Numbered from the stretch's first letter, positions 28,211 through 37,209 are shown. The stretch: DNA of 53,967 bases from an uncultured bacterium (GCA_965372535.1 CBDVCR010000002.1:1-53967); one strand, 5' to 3'. Notes: generated by a model from the letters alone, not told the origin. Numbers and translations are program-made.

Positions 28211-29002
28211 CTAAAAATAACTCTCCGGGACCACGATTACGTCGTCGGGCAGGACCTTTTCGTCCATCTTCACCTTCTTGATGACTTTTTCCACGCCGTC
28301 GATTTTTCTGATAATCCTTATCCTGCCCTCGGCCGCCTTGTCCGAGAGGCCACCGGCCATGGTAACCGCCTGGATTACCGTCGTGCCTTCCTTGACCGTA
28401 TAGGAATCGGGCTTTTTCACCTCGCCCGTGACATACACGACCCCGGCCCTTGATATGTACACCGTATCGCCGTCAAAGACGGGGATGTTCAGGGAGGAGT
28501 CGCCCTCCTCAAGCAGCCTCTTGAGGTCTATGGTATTGACCACCGCGCTTCCTTCGTCCGACATGCGCTTGATAATCGCCGTGTCGCCCGCTTCCTTCGT
28601 CAGGCCCCCGGTCATGGAAAGGAGCTCATGAAAAGTCGTGTTCCCCTTTAACTCATAAAGCCCGGGGTTCTTCACCTCCCCCATGACGGCGGTCTTCTGG
28701 CTCCTGAACTCCTCGATAAACACCGACACCTGGGGCATGACAATGTAGCCGTCGGCAAGGAGGGAGGCGATTTTTTCCGATAGCCCGGAGACCGAAAGAC
28801 CTTCGACCCCGACAACGCCGATTAAGGGGAATTTAATCGTGCCGGCCCCGCTGACCCTCTCGACGGTCGTCAGGTCGTCGTGCCCGTAAACCTTTATCTT
28901 GACTACGTCACCCTCGCCCACGCTGTAGTCAAGGGCGAAGAGTGGAAAAGCGACGGCCAGGCAGAAAAACAGGAGAGCCGATGTCATGGACTGCTTCTTC
29001 AT
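28211..29002 (-). CDS. polysaccharide export protein (Wza-like, Poly_export + SLBB)
   Basis: Start set at 'MKKQSMTSALLFFCLAVAF' (signal peptide). 'YSVGEGDVVKIKVYGHDDL' follows. Confidence 0.85.
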   Translation of the reverse strand: MKKQSMTSALLFFCLAVAFPLFALDYSVGEGDVVKIKVYGHDDLTTVERVSGAGTIKFPLIGVVGVEGLSVSGLSEKIASLLADGYIVMPQVSVFIEEFRSQKTAVMGEVKNPGLYELKGNTTFHELLSMTGGLTKEAGDTAIIKRMSDEGSAVVNTIDLKRLLEEGDSSLNIPVFDGDTVYISRAGVVYVTGEVKKPDSYTVKEGTTVIQAVTMAGGLSDKAAEGRIRIIRKIDGVEKVIKKVKMDEKVLPDDVIVVPESYF

Positions 29003-29113
29003 TTGGAAGGACGCACCTTTATCGCCGTTTCTTAATGCCGATTGCATTATTATAAAATACCCGCAACCGATAAATAAAGGTGTTTAAATGGATTCGGGCA
29101 ATGCCGAACGCAA

Positions 29114-30787
29114 CTAAAGCGACGCGGTTATCCTGAAAAACACCCTGTTGTTCCTGAAGTCAAAAATATCCGCATTGGACGCCCTCTCCGTATAAGCGTA
29201 ACCGATGTCCGCGAAAAACCACTTTACGGCCTCATACCTGAAGGCGACCACCCCCCTGTATATCTCGTCTTTTCTTTGCTTTGCCGCCCCTCCGAACGTG
29301 TCGAACGTCCTCTCGTCGTACGACGCGCTCAGGCTGACGGATACCCTGCGGGTAAACCTCTGCGCGTAATCCGCCCTGACGCTGTTTGAAAGCACGAACT
29401 CCGAAGTCTGGACGTCGACCTCCTCTCTTTCTCTCGAAACCGAGAGGTTTAAGAAAGTCTTGGGCGTGAAGTTATGCCGCAACCTGCCCGCGAGCACGAA
29501 CGTCTCGTTGCCTTCGCCCAAGGGGTCCCGGCGTTTCTCTCTGACCCCGTAGCCCGCCTTCACCCTCCCGGTGGACTTCGCCGTCACGTCCCACTCGAGC
29601 CCGCCGAAATAATTCCGTTCAACGCTGTCGGGGAGGACGTCCGTGTCATAATCTATGTCGATGTATTCGTACTGGAGGAACGCCGAGGTCATGGCCGTGG
29701 TCTTATAGAAAACATAGCCCGAATAGACATCGTCCCTTCGGTTTCTGAATTCACTCTGCGCCCGCCCGTAATCCGCCAGAAAGCCGGCATATTCGGCTTT
29801 CAACCTGAGCCTCGCAAACTGATACGACAACGCCGCGCCGCCGCGGTAGTTGAAGAAGTCCTCCGGGTCGCCGGGCAGACCGGCGCCGGTGCTGTCGCGG
29901 GACTTAAGAAAACGCCCCGAAAGGCCCAGCCCGATGCCTCCCCTCGAATTAAACAGGAGCTTCCCCTCCGCCTTATGGTGTGTGAAGTCCTGCGAAGAAC
30001 TTTCCTTGAATTTCTCCACGTCCGCCTGGTATATGAGATATGCCTGAAAGACCCTGTCCGAACCCGGAAAATCGTCGTCCCCGCCGCCCGGCACATGCGC
30101 GGAAATATTTTTCCACCTCCTGGCCTTCCTGCTGCCCGGCGCCGCCAGCCACACCCCGGGCGAGACCACGGTCACATAATCCGAGACCTCGCCGCTTGCG
30201 GTACCGAAAAGGTTATCGGTGTGGACCTCCGATATGGAGAGAAAAGGGTGGAAATACCCTCCCTTTTTTTTTAGCATGTCCCATGAGATGCGGCCCTGTT
30301 CATACGACGGGGCAGGTGCTTTCCCGGCTGCTTCGCCCTCCAGTACCTCCTCAGCCACAACCAGCACGGGAGCCGGCCCCTGTTCGGCTTCCGGCTCGAT
30401 GTCTTCGGACAATGGGACGGGAATTTTTTCTTCAGTGGCCGCCGTCGTTTCGGCCAGGGAGGTTTCGGCCAGGGGGCAGGAAACCACTGACACGGACTTG
30501 ACGGCGTTGACTGCAAACGCATCGCGGAACCCGGTGCTCCTTAACTTGTCCCTCATGTAAAGGGCCTCGTCCATGGAGCCGAACTCCCCGCAATGGACCT
30601 TGTGAAAGCCGTCTTCATTAACAATCCTGCATTCGATGTCCTTGTTCCGCAGGTCGCAGACCACTCCCTTTGCGTTTCTGAGTATTATAAAACTCCCCAC
30701 CTGAACGGAAAAAAAATCCGACGCACACGCAATGGAAGAAAACAGCAGGAAAAGAGCAATCGATATCGCATGGATATTCAAACGCAA
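29114..30787 (-). CDS. SPOR-domain protein fused to a predicted outer-membrane beta-barrel (EpsL-like)
   Basis: Signal peptide and SPOR-like 'FFSVQVGSFIILRNAKGVV...HKVHCGEFGSMDEALYMRDKLRSTGFRDAFAV'. The C-terminal ~370 aa have alternating Y/F/R beta-strand patterns. Confidence 0.7.
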   Translation of the reverse strand: MRLNIHAISIALFLLFSSIACASDFFSVQVGSFIILRNAKGVVCDLRNKDIECRIVNEDGFHKVHCGEFGSMDEALYMRDKLRSTGFRDAFAVNAVKSVSVVSCPLAETSLAETTAATEEKIPVPLSEDIEPEAEQGPAPVLVVAEEVLEGEAAGKAPAPSYEQGRISWDMLKKKGGYFHPFLSISEVHTDNLFGTASGEVSDYVTVVSPGVWLAAPGSRKARRWKNISAHVPGGGDDDFPGSDRVFQAYLIYQADVEKFKESSSQDFTHHKAEGKLLFNSRGGIGLGLSGRFLKSRDSTGAGLPGDPEDFFNYRGGAALSYQFARLRLKAEYAGFLADYGRAQSEFRNRRDDVYSGYVFYKTTAMTSAFLQYEYIDIDYDTDVLPDSVERNYFGGLEWDVTAKSTGRVKAGYGVREKRRDPLGEGNETFVLAGRLRHNFTPKTFLNLSVSREREEVDVQTSEFVLSNSVRADYAQRFTRRVSVSLSASYDERTFDTFGGAAKQRKDEIYRGVVAFRYEAVKWFFADIGYAYTERASNADIFDFRNNRVFFRITASL

Positions 30788-30843
30788 TTAAACCCGTCCG
30801 GCCAAGTGTTGTTAAAGTGTATGAACATCCGTTACAGACCGGA

Positions 30844-31356
30844 TTAAAAGCCCGAAGGACTGAGAGCGAGGCCGGGCTCATTCTCTCCCCAGCAGGGCAA
30901 CTCGATTGTCGCGGGCTCGTAAATCATCGTTTCGCCCACGCCGGCCCGGGCCACCTCGGCCTTGGCGGCGTCCGCCTCGACGGCGCTGGTTTCGGTTTCC
31001 GCGGCCCGGGTAATTCCCTTGGGCGCCGTGCTGATTGCGATTTCAACCGCGGAGGGTTCGACGCCCGCATCGACCGCCCCCTGCACGATTACGTCCACGG
31101 CCGCACCGGCCTCCAGCGCCCCGCACACCACGTCATTGAGGTCCGCCCCGGCCTCAAGGGAATATCTGACGACTTCATATGCATTCGAGCCCATTTCTAT
31201 GGCCGTCTTGACGACGTAATTCGCGTCTTTTCCCTCGCGGATTAAACGCTGGACAGCTGAATAGATGTCTTCTTCGACGTCCTGGGCAAAGGCTCCCGCC
31301 CCGCCTATGAAAAGAAAAAACAAAACGCTTAAAAAAACCGCCGCCTTGAATTTCAT
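30844..31356 (-). CDS. secreted repeat protein, unknown function
   Basis: Signal peptide 'MKFKAAVFLSVLFFLFIGGAGAFA' and about four ~14-aa 'A.EAGA...DVV'-type repeats. It is the first gene of the minus-strand locus. Confidence 0.55.
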   Translation of the reverse strand: MKFKAAVFLSVLFFLFIGGAGAFAQDVEEDIYSAVQRLIREGKDANYVVKTAIEMGSNAYEVVRYSLEAGADLNDVVCGALEAGAAVDVIVQGAVDAGVEPSAVEIAISTAPKGITRAAETETSAVEADAAKAEVARAGVGETMIYEPATIELPCWGENEPGLALSPSGF

Positions 31357-31569
31357 TTTAACGCCCTCCTTTATTACGTTAATAAATCATATTATTTTAA
31401 CATAGCTAATATGCTTACAAGAATAAAAAAATGGCAATATGGACAGATTCCGAACACCACAAAAGGTAGAAGGGGAAAAGAGGCAAGGGCCTTCCGGCCT
31501 TTCACCGCCCGGCGCCTTGACATTTCCACTCCCTCTGCATTTTAATATCCATACCGGGCGCCCCCCCAG

Positions 31570-31800
31570 GGGGCTTAATAGGGAATCCCGAAGCCACGGG
31601 CTTTTTTCGTCCGGGTTTGCAGCCGTTTTGTCTGGAGGAAAGGCCGCAAACGCGGTTGAAAAGGGCCAATGGCCCAGACGGGAGCGGTCCCGCCGCTGTA
31701 GCCGGGGACGAAAGCCCATTGACGCCACTGGTCCGTAAGGCCGGGAAGGCGGGGCGAGTAGGACGAACCGGAAGCCAGAAGACCTGCCCGGGGGTCAAAA
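31570..31800 (+). promoter_or_regulatory. cobalamin (B12) riboswitch
   Basis: AATAGGGAA (31577-85), CCCGCCGCTGTA (31689-700), GCCACTG (31724-30), GGGAAGG, and the B12 box AGCCAGAAGACCTGCC (31773-88). Confidence 0.8.
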
Positions 31801-31914
31801 GCCCCTTATTTACAGGGAAGCCTTTGACCGGCTCAGGGCCGATGCCCCGTTTTAGAGGGGGCCGTGCCCCCTCTCGCAAGAAGAGGGAAAGGGGATGAAG
31901 GAAAACAGGGTGCA

Positions 31915-31950
31915 ATCCCCGGCGCTTTTTAAGCGCCGGGGATTTTTATT
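31915..31950 (+). terminator. intrinsic terminator (probable riboswitch expression platform)
   Basis: 11-bp stem ATCCCCGGCGC / GCGCCGGGGAT with a 7-nt loop, followed by TTTTATT. It lies just before AGGAGG and ATG 31964. Confidence 0.75.
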
Positions 31951-31963
31951 TCAGGAGGCATCG

Positions 31964-33262
31964 ATGACACAGCTTGAGAGCGCGAAGGACCGGATGACTG
32001 ATGAGGTCAAGGCGGTAGCCCAAAACGAGGGCGTTGAGCCGGAGGTGGTGCGAAGGAGGGTCGCCTCCGGGAAGATAGTAATACCGGCCAACAGAAACAG
32101 GAAAGCAAACGTCCTCGGCATCGGCAAGGGCCTGAGGACGAAGATAAACGCCAGCATCGGCACGTCCACTTCCATCGCGGACATTGAGATGGAAATCGAA
32201 AAAGCGAGGGTCGCCGAAAGCTCGGGAGCCGACACCCTGATGGACCTGAGCGTTGGGGGCGATATTGCGGGCGTTAGGGCCGCGGTTATGGACGCCGTGG
32301 GCCTCCCCGTGGGAACGGTGCCCCTTTACGAGGCGTTTGCCCTCTCCATAGAAAAATACGGCTCCGCCGTGAAGATGCCGGAGGAACTCCTCTGGGAAGT
32401 CGTGGAGAGGCAGTGCGAGGAGGGGGTCGCCTTCATGGCCATACACTGCGGCATCAACCTCATGACCGTGGAGATGCTCAGGCGGCAGAACTACCGCTAC
32501 GGCGGCCTGGTCTCAAAGGGCGGGTCGTACCTCACGGCCTGGATGCTCCATAACAAAAAGGAAAACCCCCTTTACGAAAAATTCGAGAGGGTGGCGGGGA
32601 TACTCAAAAAGCACGACGTGGTCCTGAGCCTCGGTAACGGCTTCAGGGCCGGCGCGATACACGACTCCACCGACAGGGTGCAGATACAGGAGCTTCTGAT
32701 AAACTGCGAGCTTGCCGAGGCCGGAAGAAACATGGGATGCCAGAGCATGGTTGAAGGCCCGGGCCATATCCCCATAGACGAGATAGAGGCCACCGTGATA
32801 CTGGAAAAAAAGATGAGCAACGAGGCGCCGTTTTACATGCTCGGCCCCATCACGACGGACGTGGCCCCCGGCTACGACCACATCACGTCGGCCATCGGGG
32901 CCGCCCTGTCCTCTGCCCACGGGGCGGACTTCATCTGCTATGTAACGCCGTCGGAGCACCTCGGCCTTCCGTATCCGGAGGACGTCAAAGAGGGGGTCAT
33001 GGCCGCGAGGGTGGCGGCCCACGTGGGCGACATGATAAAACTTAAAAACAGGGGCAGCGACAGGGAGATGGCAAAGGCCAGAAGGGACCTCGACTGGAAC
33101 AGGCAGTTTGAACTCGCAATCGATTCGGAAAGGGCCAGGGAGATAAAGGGAAGAAGAGACAACGGCGACGGGGACTCCTGCACCATGTGCGGCAAGTTCT
33201 GCGCCTCAAACATATTAAAGGGAATGTTCGCCCCGGACATGGCGGGCTCCGGGAAAAAGTAA
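31964..33262 (+). CDS. bzaF: ThiC-family radical-SAM enzyme, probable 5-hydroxybenzimidazole synthase (BzaF-like)
   Basis: ThiC-like throughout, with a C-terminal 'CTMCGKFC' cluster. Start reset to the ATG after the terminator and SD. It is controlled by a B12 riboswitch, not a TPP one, and heads the cobUTSC genes. Confidence 0.8.
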   Translation: MTQLESAKDRMTDEVKAVAQNEGVEPEVVRRRVASGKIVIPANRNRKANVLGIGKGLRTKINASIGTSTSIADIEMEIEKARVAESSGADTLMDLSVGGDIAGVRAAVMDAVGLPVGTVPLYEAFALSIEKYGSAVKMPEELLWEVVERQCEEGVAFMAIHCGINLMTVEMLRRQNYRYGGLVSKGGSYLTAWMLHNKKENPLYEKFERVAGILKKHDVVLSLGNGFRAGAIHDSTDRVQIQELLINCELAEAGRNMGCQSMVEGPGHIPIDEIEATVILEKKMSNEAPFYMLGPITTDVAPGYDHITSAIGAALSSAHGADFICYVTPSEHLGLPYPEDVKEGVMAARVAAHVGDMIKLKNRGSDREMAKARRDLDWNRQFELAIDSERAREIKGRRDNGDGDSCTMCGKFCASNILKGMFAPDMAGSGKK

Positions 33263-33783
33263 TGTCAAGGCTTGTCCTCATAACAGGCGGGGCGCGGAGC
33301 GGCAAGAGCGCGCTGGCCCTGAGGCTCGCCTCGGAGCACAAGGGAAAGAGGGCCTTTGTCGCCACTATGGAACCCCTGGACGGGGAACTCAGGGCAAGGG
33401 TCGAAAAACACCGCATGGAGCGGGGCCAGGGGTGGGACACCTTTGAGGAGCCCCGCGGCGTTGCGGGAGCCCTCGGGCGCATCGACGGGGACTACGGCGC
33501 CGTGGTGCTTGACTGCCTCACCCTCTGGCTTTCGAACGTCATGATTGAGGGGGTGGACGCCGGACGGGAGATAGAGGCGCTGGTCTCCGCCCTCAAGGCG
33601 ATGAAGACCCCCGTCTACGTGGTCTCCAACGAGGTGGGCATGGGCGTGGTGCCCGACACCCCCCTGGGCAGGGAGTTCAGGGACCAGGCCGGCGCCCTTA
33701 ACCAGAAGGTGGCCGCCGCGGCGGAGGTGGCGTATCTTACGGTCTCCGGCATACCCGTAAGGATCAAGGGCTTTTTGAAATAA
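33262..33783 (+). CDS. cobU: adenosylcobinamide kinase / adenosylcobinamide-phosphate guanylyltransferase
   Basis: 'LVLITGGARSGKSALA' P-loop. TAATG overlap with the upstream stop. Confidence 0.9.
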   Translation: MSRLVLITGGARSGKSALALRLASEHKGKRAFVATMEPLDGELRARVEKHRMERGQGWDTFEEPRGVAGALGRIDGDYGAVVLDCLTLWLSNVMIEGVDAGREIEALVSALKAMKTPVYVVSNEVGMGVVPDTPLGREFRDQAGALNQKVAAAAEVAYLTVSGIPVRIKGFLK

Positions 33784-33813
33784 ATATCCATATCAAACTA
33801 AAACGGAGGAATT

Positions 33814-34863
33814 ATGCTTGAGGAGACGATTAAGAAAATTACGCCTGTAAAGGAGGAATTCGAGCGCAAGGCGCAGGAGAGGCTCGACATGCTCACCAAG
33901 CCGAGGGGGAGCCTGGGCCGCCTTGAGGAGTTCGCGCGAAGGCTCGTGGCCATTACCGAGGACACCATGCCCACGCTTGAGAAGAAGGCTATCTTTACCT
34001 TCGCGGGCGACCACGGGGTGGCCGACGCCGGGGTGTCGGCCTTCCCCAGGGAGGTCACCCGGCAGATGGTCTTTAATTTCCTCCGGGGCGGGGCGGGCAT
34101 AAACGTGCTCGCGCGCCACGCGGGGGCCGAGGTCGCGGTGGTCGATATCGGGGTGGACCACGACTTCGGCTCGCCCGAGGGCCTTATCGAAAGAAAAGTG
34201 CTGAGGGGCGCCAGAAACATGCTCAAAGGCCCGGCCATGTCGCGGGAGGAGGCGATAAAGTGCATCGAGGTGGGCATCGCCCTCGCCGTGGAGTACCGCG
34301 ACAGGGGCTATAAGATACTCGGCGCCGGCGAGATGGGCATCGCAAACACCACGCCCTCAAGCGCCATCGCCTCGGTCATGACCGGCCGCCCCGTAAGCGA
34401 GGTGACCGGCAGGGGCACGGGCATCGACGACGAGGGGTTTAAAAATAAGGTGAAAGTCATCGAGCGGGCCATAGAGCTGAACAGGCCCGACCCCTCCGAC
34501 GCCCTCGACGTGCTGGCCAAGGTCGGCGGAGCGGAGATAGGCGGAATCGCGGGGCTCTGCCTCGGCGCGGCGGCCTCCCGCCTTCCGGTGGTGGTGGACG
34601 GCTTCATCTCAACGGCCGGCGCGCTCATCGCCCATGCGCTTGAGCCCCGGGCCGCGGAGTACATGTTCGCCGCCCATAGGTCCGTGGAGACGGGCCATGC
34701 GGCCATGCTTGAGAAGATGGGCCTCCGGCCCATGCTTGACCTCGACATGCGGCTTGGCGAGGGCACCGGGGCGGCCCTCGGCATGTCGCTCATCGAGGCC
34801 GGGCTGAAGATATACAAGGAGATGGCGACCTTTGCCGACGCGGGGGTCTCAGACGGCGCGTGA
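33814..34863 (+). CDS. cobT: nicotinate-nucleotide--dimethylbenzimidazole phosphoribosyltransferase
   Basis: '[13 protein letters not shown]', 'FAGDHGV', 'GEMGIANTT', '[11 protein letters not shown]'. Confidence 0.95.
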   Translation: MLEETIKKITPVKEEFERKAQERLDMLTKPRGSLGRLEEFARRLVAITEDTMPTLEKKAIFTFAGDHGVADAGVSAFPREVTRQMVFNFLRGGAGINVLARHAGAEVAVVDIGVDHDFGSPEGLIERKVLRGARNMLKGPAMSREEAIKCIEVGIALAVEYRDRGYKILGAGEMGIANTTPSSAIASVMTGRPVSEVTGRGTGIDDEGFKNKVKVIERAIELNRPDPSDALDVLAKVGGAEIGGIAGLCLGAAASRLPVVVDGFISTAGALIAHALEPRAAEYMFAAHRSVETGHAAMLEKMGLRPMLDLDMRLGEGTGAALGMSLIEAGLKIYKEMATFADAGVSDGA

Positions 34864-34910
34864 GGCGAAAACGACTAAACCAAAGAGGCACGGAGACACT
34901 GAGAAAGGAA

Positions 34911-35080
34911 TTATTAAGGGAGCATAAAATAGATTACATGACGAACATCACCCTGGAACGAATCGATCCGTCTTCCCCCTTTGGAAAAGGGGGAATGAGG
35001 GGGATTTTTCTGAATATTCAAATCCCCCCTTGCCCCCCTTTACTAAAGGGGGGTAAACTATTTTATGCTTTGAGTAATAA
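34911..35080 (+). mobile_element. MITE-like repeat, family A, copy 2 (full length), inside the cob operon
   Basis: Near-identical to 5931-6100. TIRs are TTATTAAGGGAGCATAAAATAG / CTATTTTATGCTTTGAGTAATAA. Confidence 0.7.
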
Positions 35081-35157
35081 CAGAAGGTTTTTGTGAATAA
35101 CCAATAATGGTTTTTCGTCCTCCGTGCCCCTGTGCGTCAGTGGTTATATTCCGGCAT

Positions 35158-35940
35158 ATGAAAATGTTATTAATAGCGCTGCAGTTTCTTACCATCCTCC
35201 CCGTGCGGGTGAGGGGCGATGTATCCGAAAAGGACATGGCCCGGAGCGCGGCGGCCTTCCCCGTGGTGGGGGCCTTGCAGGGCGCGGTGCTCGCGGGGGC
35301 GGCCATTGTGTTCGGGAAGGTCTTCCCTGCCTCGCTTTCTCTTGCGCTCGTGCTCCTTGTGCTCGTCATAACCAACGGGGGGTTCCACCTCGACGGGCTG
35401 GCCGACACCTTCGACGCCCTGGCCGCAAGGGGCGGGAGGGAGAGGAAGCTCTCGGCCATGAAGGACAGCTCCACCGGGGCCATCGGGGTCACGGCCATAG
35501 TGTTTTCGCTTGCAATAAAATATCTCGCGCTTCTCGGGATTGCCGAGGCCGGGCGTTTCCCCTTCTATTTTTCCCTCCTCCTCATGCCAATGCTCTCAAA
35601 GTGGGTGATGCTCGCCGGCATGTTCCACGGCGAACCGGCAAGGGAAGACGGCCTTGGCAGAGTATTCATCGAAGGCGTGGGGGCGAGGGAATTCGCCGCG
35701 GGCGCCGCGGCGGCGGGTCTTTTTGCGGCCCTTCCGGTGGTTCTGCTCTCCGGGGACGCGCCCTGGTATTTTTTCGCCGCCGCTTCGCTTATCATACTAT
35801 ACGCGGGCGCAAGGGCGTGGTTTTGGTTTCTCAAGCGCGGCCTCGGCGGGCTTACAGGCGACACCCTCGGCGCGGCCGGGGAACTTTCGGAAAACTTTTT
35901 TCTCTTGATGGTGCTGGCATGGTCGGGAATCTATATTTAG
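35158..35940 (+). CDS. cobS: adenosylcobinamide-GDP ribazoletransferase (cobalamin synthase)
   Basis: 'LLIALQFLTILPV', 'HLDGLADTFDAL', polytopic. Start chosen at 'MKMLLIAL'. Confidence 0.9.
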   Translation: MKMLLIALQFLTILPVRVRGDVSEKDMARSAAAFPVVGALQGAVLAGAAIVFGKVFPASLSLALVLLVLVITNGGFHLDGLADTFDALAARGGRERKLSAMKDSSTGAIGVTAIVFSLAIKYLALLGIAEAGRFPFYFSLLLMPMLSKWVMLAGMFHGEPAREDGLGRVFIEGVGAREFAAGAAAAGLFAALPVVLLSGDAPWYFFAAASLIILYAGARAWFWFLKRGLGGLTGDTLGAAGELSENFFLLMVLAWSGIYI

Positions 35941-36536
35941 TCAGGCACGGCGAGACCGAGGGGAGCGAGGCAAGGCGCTACAAGGGGAGCCTGGACGTCC
36001 CGCTTTCGGAAAACGGCGTCGAGCAGATGAAGCGGACGGCGGGTTTTATACGCTCCGTCCTGGACGGAAGACCCCTCTCCGCTGTCTTTTGCTCGGACCT
36101 CATACGGGCGAAAAAGAGCGCCGAGCTTATCGCGCTGCCCCACGGCCTTGCGCCCACGGTGCTTGACGCGCTCAGGGAGAGGAACTTCGGCGAGTGGGAG
36201 GGGCTGAGTTTCGATGAGATTCGCCGGAAATTCCCCGGCGCCTTCGAGGCGTGGGCCGGCGACCCCCTCACATACAGCCCCGTAGGCGGGGAGAGCACCC
36301 TTGAGGTTCGCGACAGGGTGGTGGGCGCGCTTGAGGAAATACTTGCCCGGCACGACGGCGGCGACATCGCGGTGGTGGCCCACGGCGGCGTCAACCGGGT
36401 GGCGCTCTGCCATCTCATGGGCGTTCCCCTCGAGAACATCTTCAGGGTGGAGCAGGACTTCGCCTGCGTAAACATCATAGAGTTCCACAACGGCTTCCCG
36501 GTGGTCAGGCTCTTAAACGGGGGAGCGTTTGATTAG
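35919..36536 (+). CDS. cobC: alpha-ribazole phosphatase (histidine phosphatase family)
   Basis: 'LYLVRHGETE' and 'VAHGGV' motifs. The start overlaps the cobS end by 22 nt. Confidence 0.85.
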   Translation: MVGNLYLVRHGETEGSEARRYKGSLDVPLSENGVEQMKRTAGFIRSVLDGRPLSAVFCSDLIRAKKSAELIALPHGLAPTVLDALRERNFGEWEGLSFDEIRRKFPGAFEAWAGDPLTYSPVGGESTLEVRDRVVGALEEILARHDGGDIAVVAHGGVNRVALCHLMGVPLENIFRVEQDFACVNIIEFHNGFPVVRLLNGGAFD

Positions 36537-36600
36537 CGCAAAATAGACCACAAGACACGGAACCGCTTATCCGAATGAGGTAATCGGCAATTCGCGAACC

Positions 36601-36629
36601 TTTACTTTTTACGAAGCTTATATTATAAT
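36601..36629 (+). promoter_or_regulatory. putative sigma70-type promoter of the rpsP operon
   Basis: TTTACT-N17-TATAAT, about 27 nt upstream of the TTG start, which is preceded by GGAGGTG. Confidence 0.5.
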
Positions 36630-36655
36630 TTTCTACTTAACGCGGAGGTGATGAG

Positions 36656-36901
36656 TTGGTAAAGATACGTTTAACACGCCTGGGAGCCAAAAAAAAGCCC
36701 TTCTACAGGGTCATAGTGGCTGACTCCAAGGCAAGGAGAGACGGCCCCTTTATCGAGATACTGGGTACGTACGACCCGATGAAGGAGCCTTCGGAGATAA
36801 AGATTGACCTCGAAAAAGCCGGCTACTGGCTGGAAAAAGGTGCTCAACCCACGGATACTGCCCGCAAGCTTTTGAAAAAGGCAGGTCTCGAAGCCGCATA
36901 A
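36656..36901 (+). CDS. rpsP: 30S ribosomal protein S16
   Basis: '[37 protein letters not shown]'. Confidence 0.95.
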   Translation: MVKIRLTRLGAKKKPFYRVIVADSKARRDGPFIEILGTYDPMKEPSEIKIDLEKAGYWLEKGAQPTDTARKLLKKAGLEAA

Positions 36902-36913
36902 TTCCCTTCGGAG

Positions 36914-37153
36914 GTGGTGACGATGAAAACTTTAATCGAGACGATGGCCAAGGCTCTGGTTGACAAACCCGATGATGTGGTGGTTGGCGAAGTGGAAGGC
37001 GAAAAAACCACTGTGTTCGAGCTCAGGGTCTCCGAGAGCGACCTCGGAAAAGTCATAGGAAAGCAGGGCAAGACCGCCCGGGCGATGAGGACAATCCTGA
37101 GCGCGGCCGGGACCAAGCTTGGCAAGCGCTGCGTCCTCGAGATTCTGGAATAA
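36914..37153 (+). CDS. KH-domain RNA-binding protein (YlqC-like)
   Basis: '[19 protein letters not shown]' GxxG KH motif. Its position after rpsP is canonical. Confidence 0.85.
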   Translation: MVTMKTLIETMAKALVDKPDDVVVGEVEGEKTTVFELRVSESDLGKVIGKQGKTARAMRTILSAAGTKLGKRCVLEILE

Positions 37154-37174
37154 ACGGCATAACGATAAAGGGTG

Positions 37175-37209
37175 GCAATAAGGGGCTGAAAAGCCCCTTA
37201 TTGCTTTTG
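37175..37209 (+). terminator. intrinsic terminator
   Basis: Perfect 12-bp stem GCAATAAGGGGC / GCCCCTTATTGC with a 6-nt loop, followed by TTTT. Confidence 0.7.

Noticed and set aside
31964-33262. Annotating the ThiC-family gene as thiamine-pathway thiC
   Set aside because: The upstream leader has cobalamin-riboswitch motifs rather than TPP ones, and the gene heads a cobUTSC operon. A BzaF-like role is more consistent, though only phylogeny can settle it.
34860-35096. 78-aa ORF, plus ORFs 7805..8218 and 53596..53817
   Set aside because: They lie entirely within non-coding repeat elements (MITE A, REP-like pair, family B). Peptides such as 'PPLLKGG' and 'SSPRKRGS' are translations of the hairpin modules.
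35124-35918. N-terminal 265 codons of the 470-aa ORF 35124..36536
   Set aside because: This part overlaps cobS in another frame and translates to Arg/Gly-rich nonsense. Only the portion from ATG 35919 ('MVGNLYLVRHGETE') is a real histidine-phosphatase (cobC) sequence.
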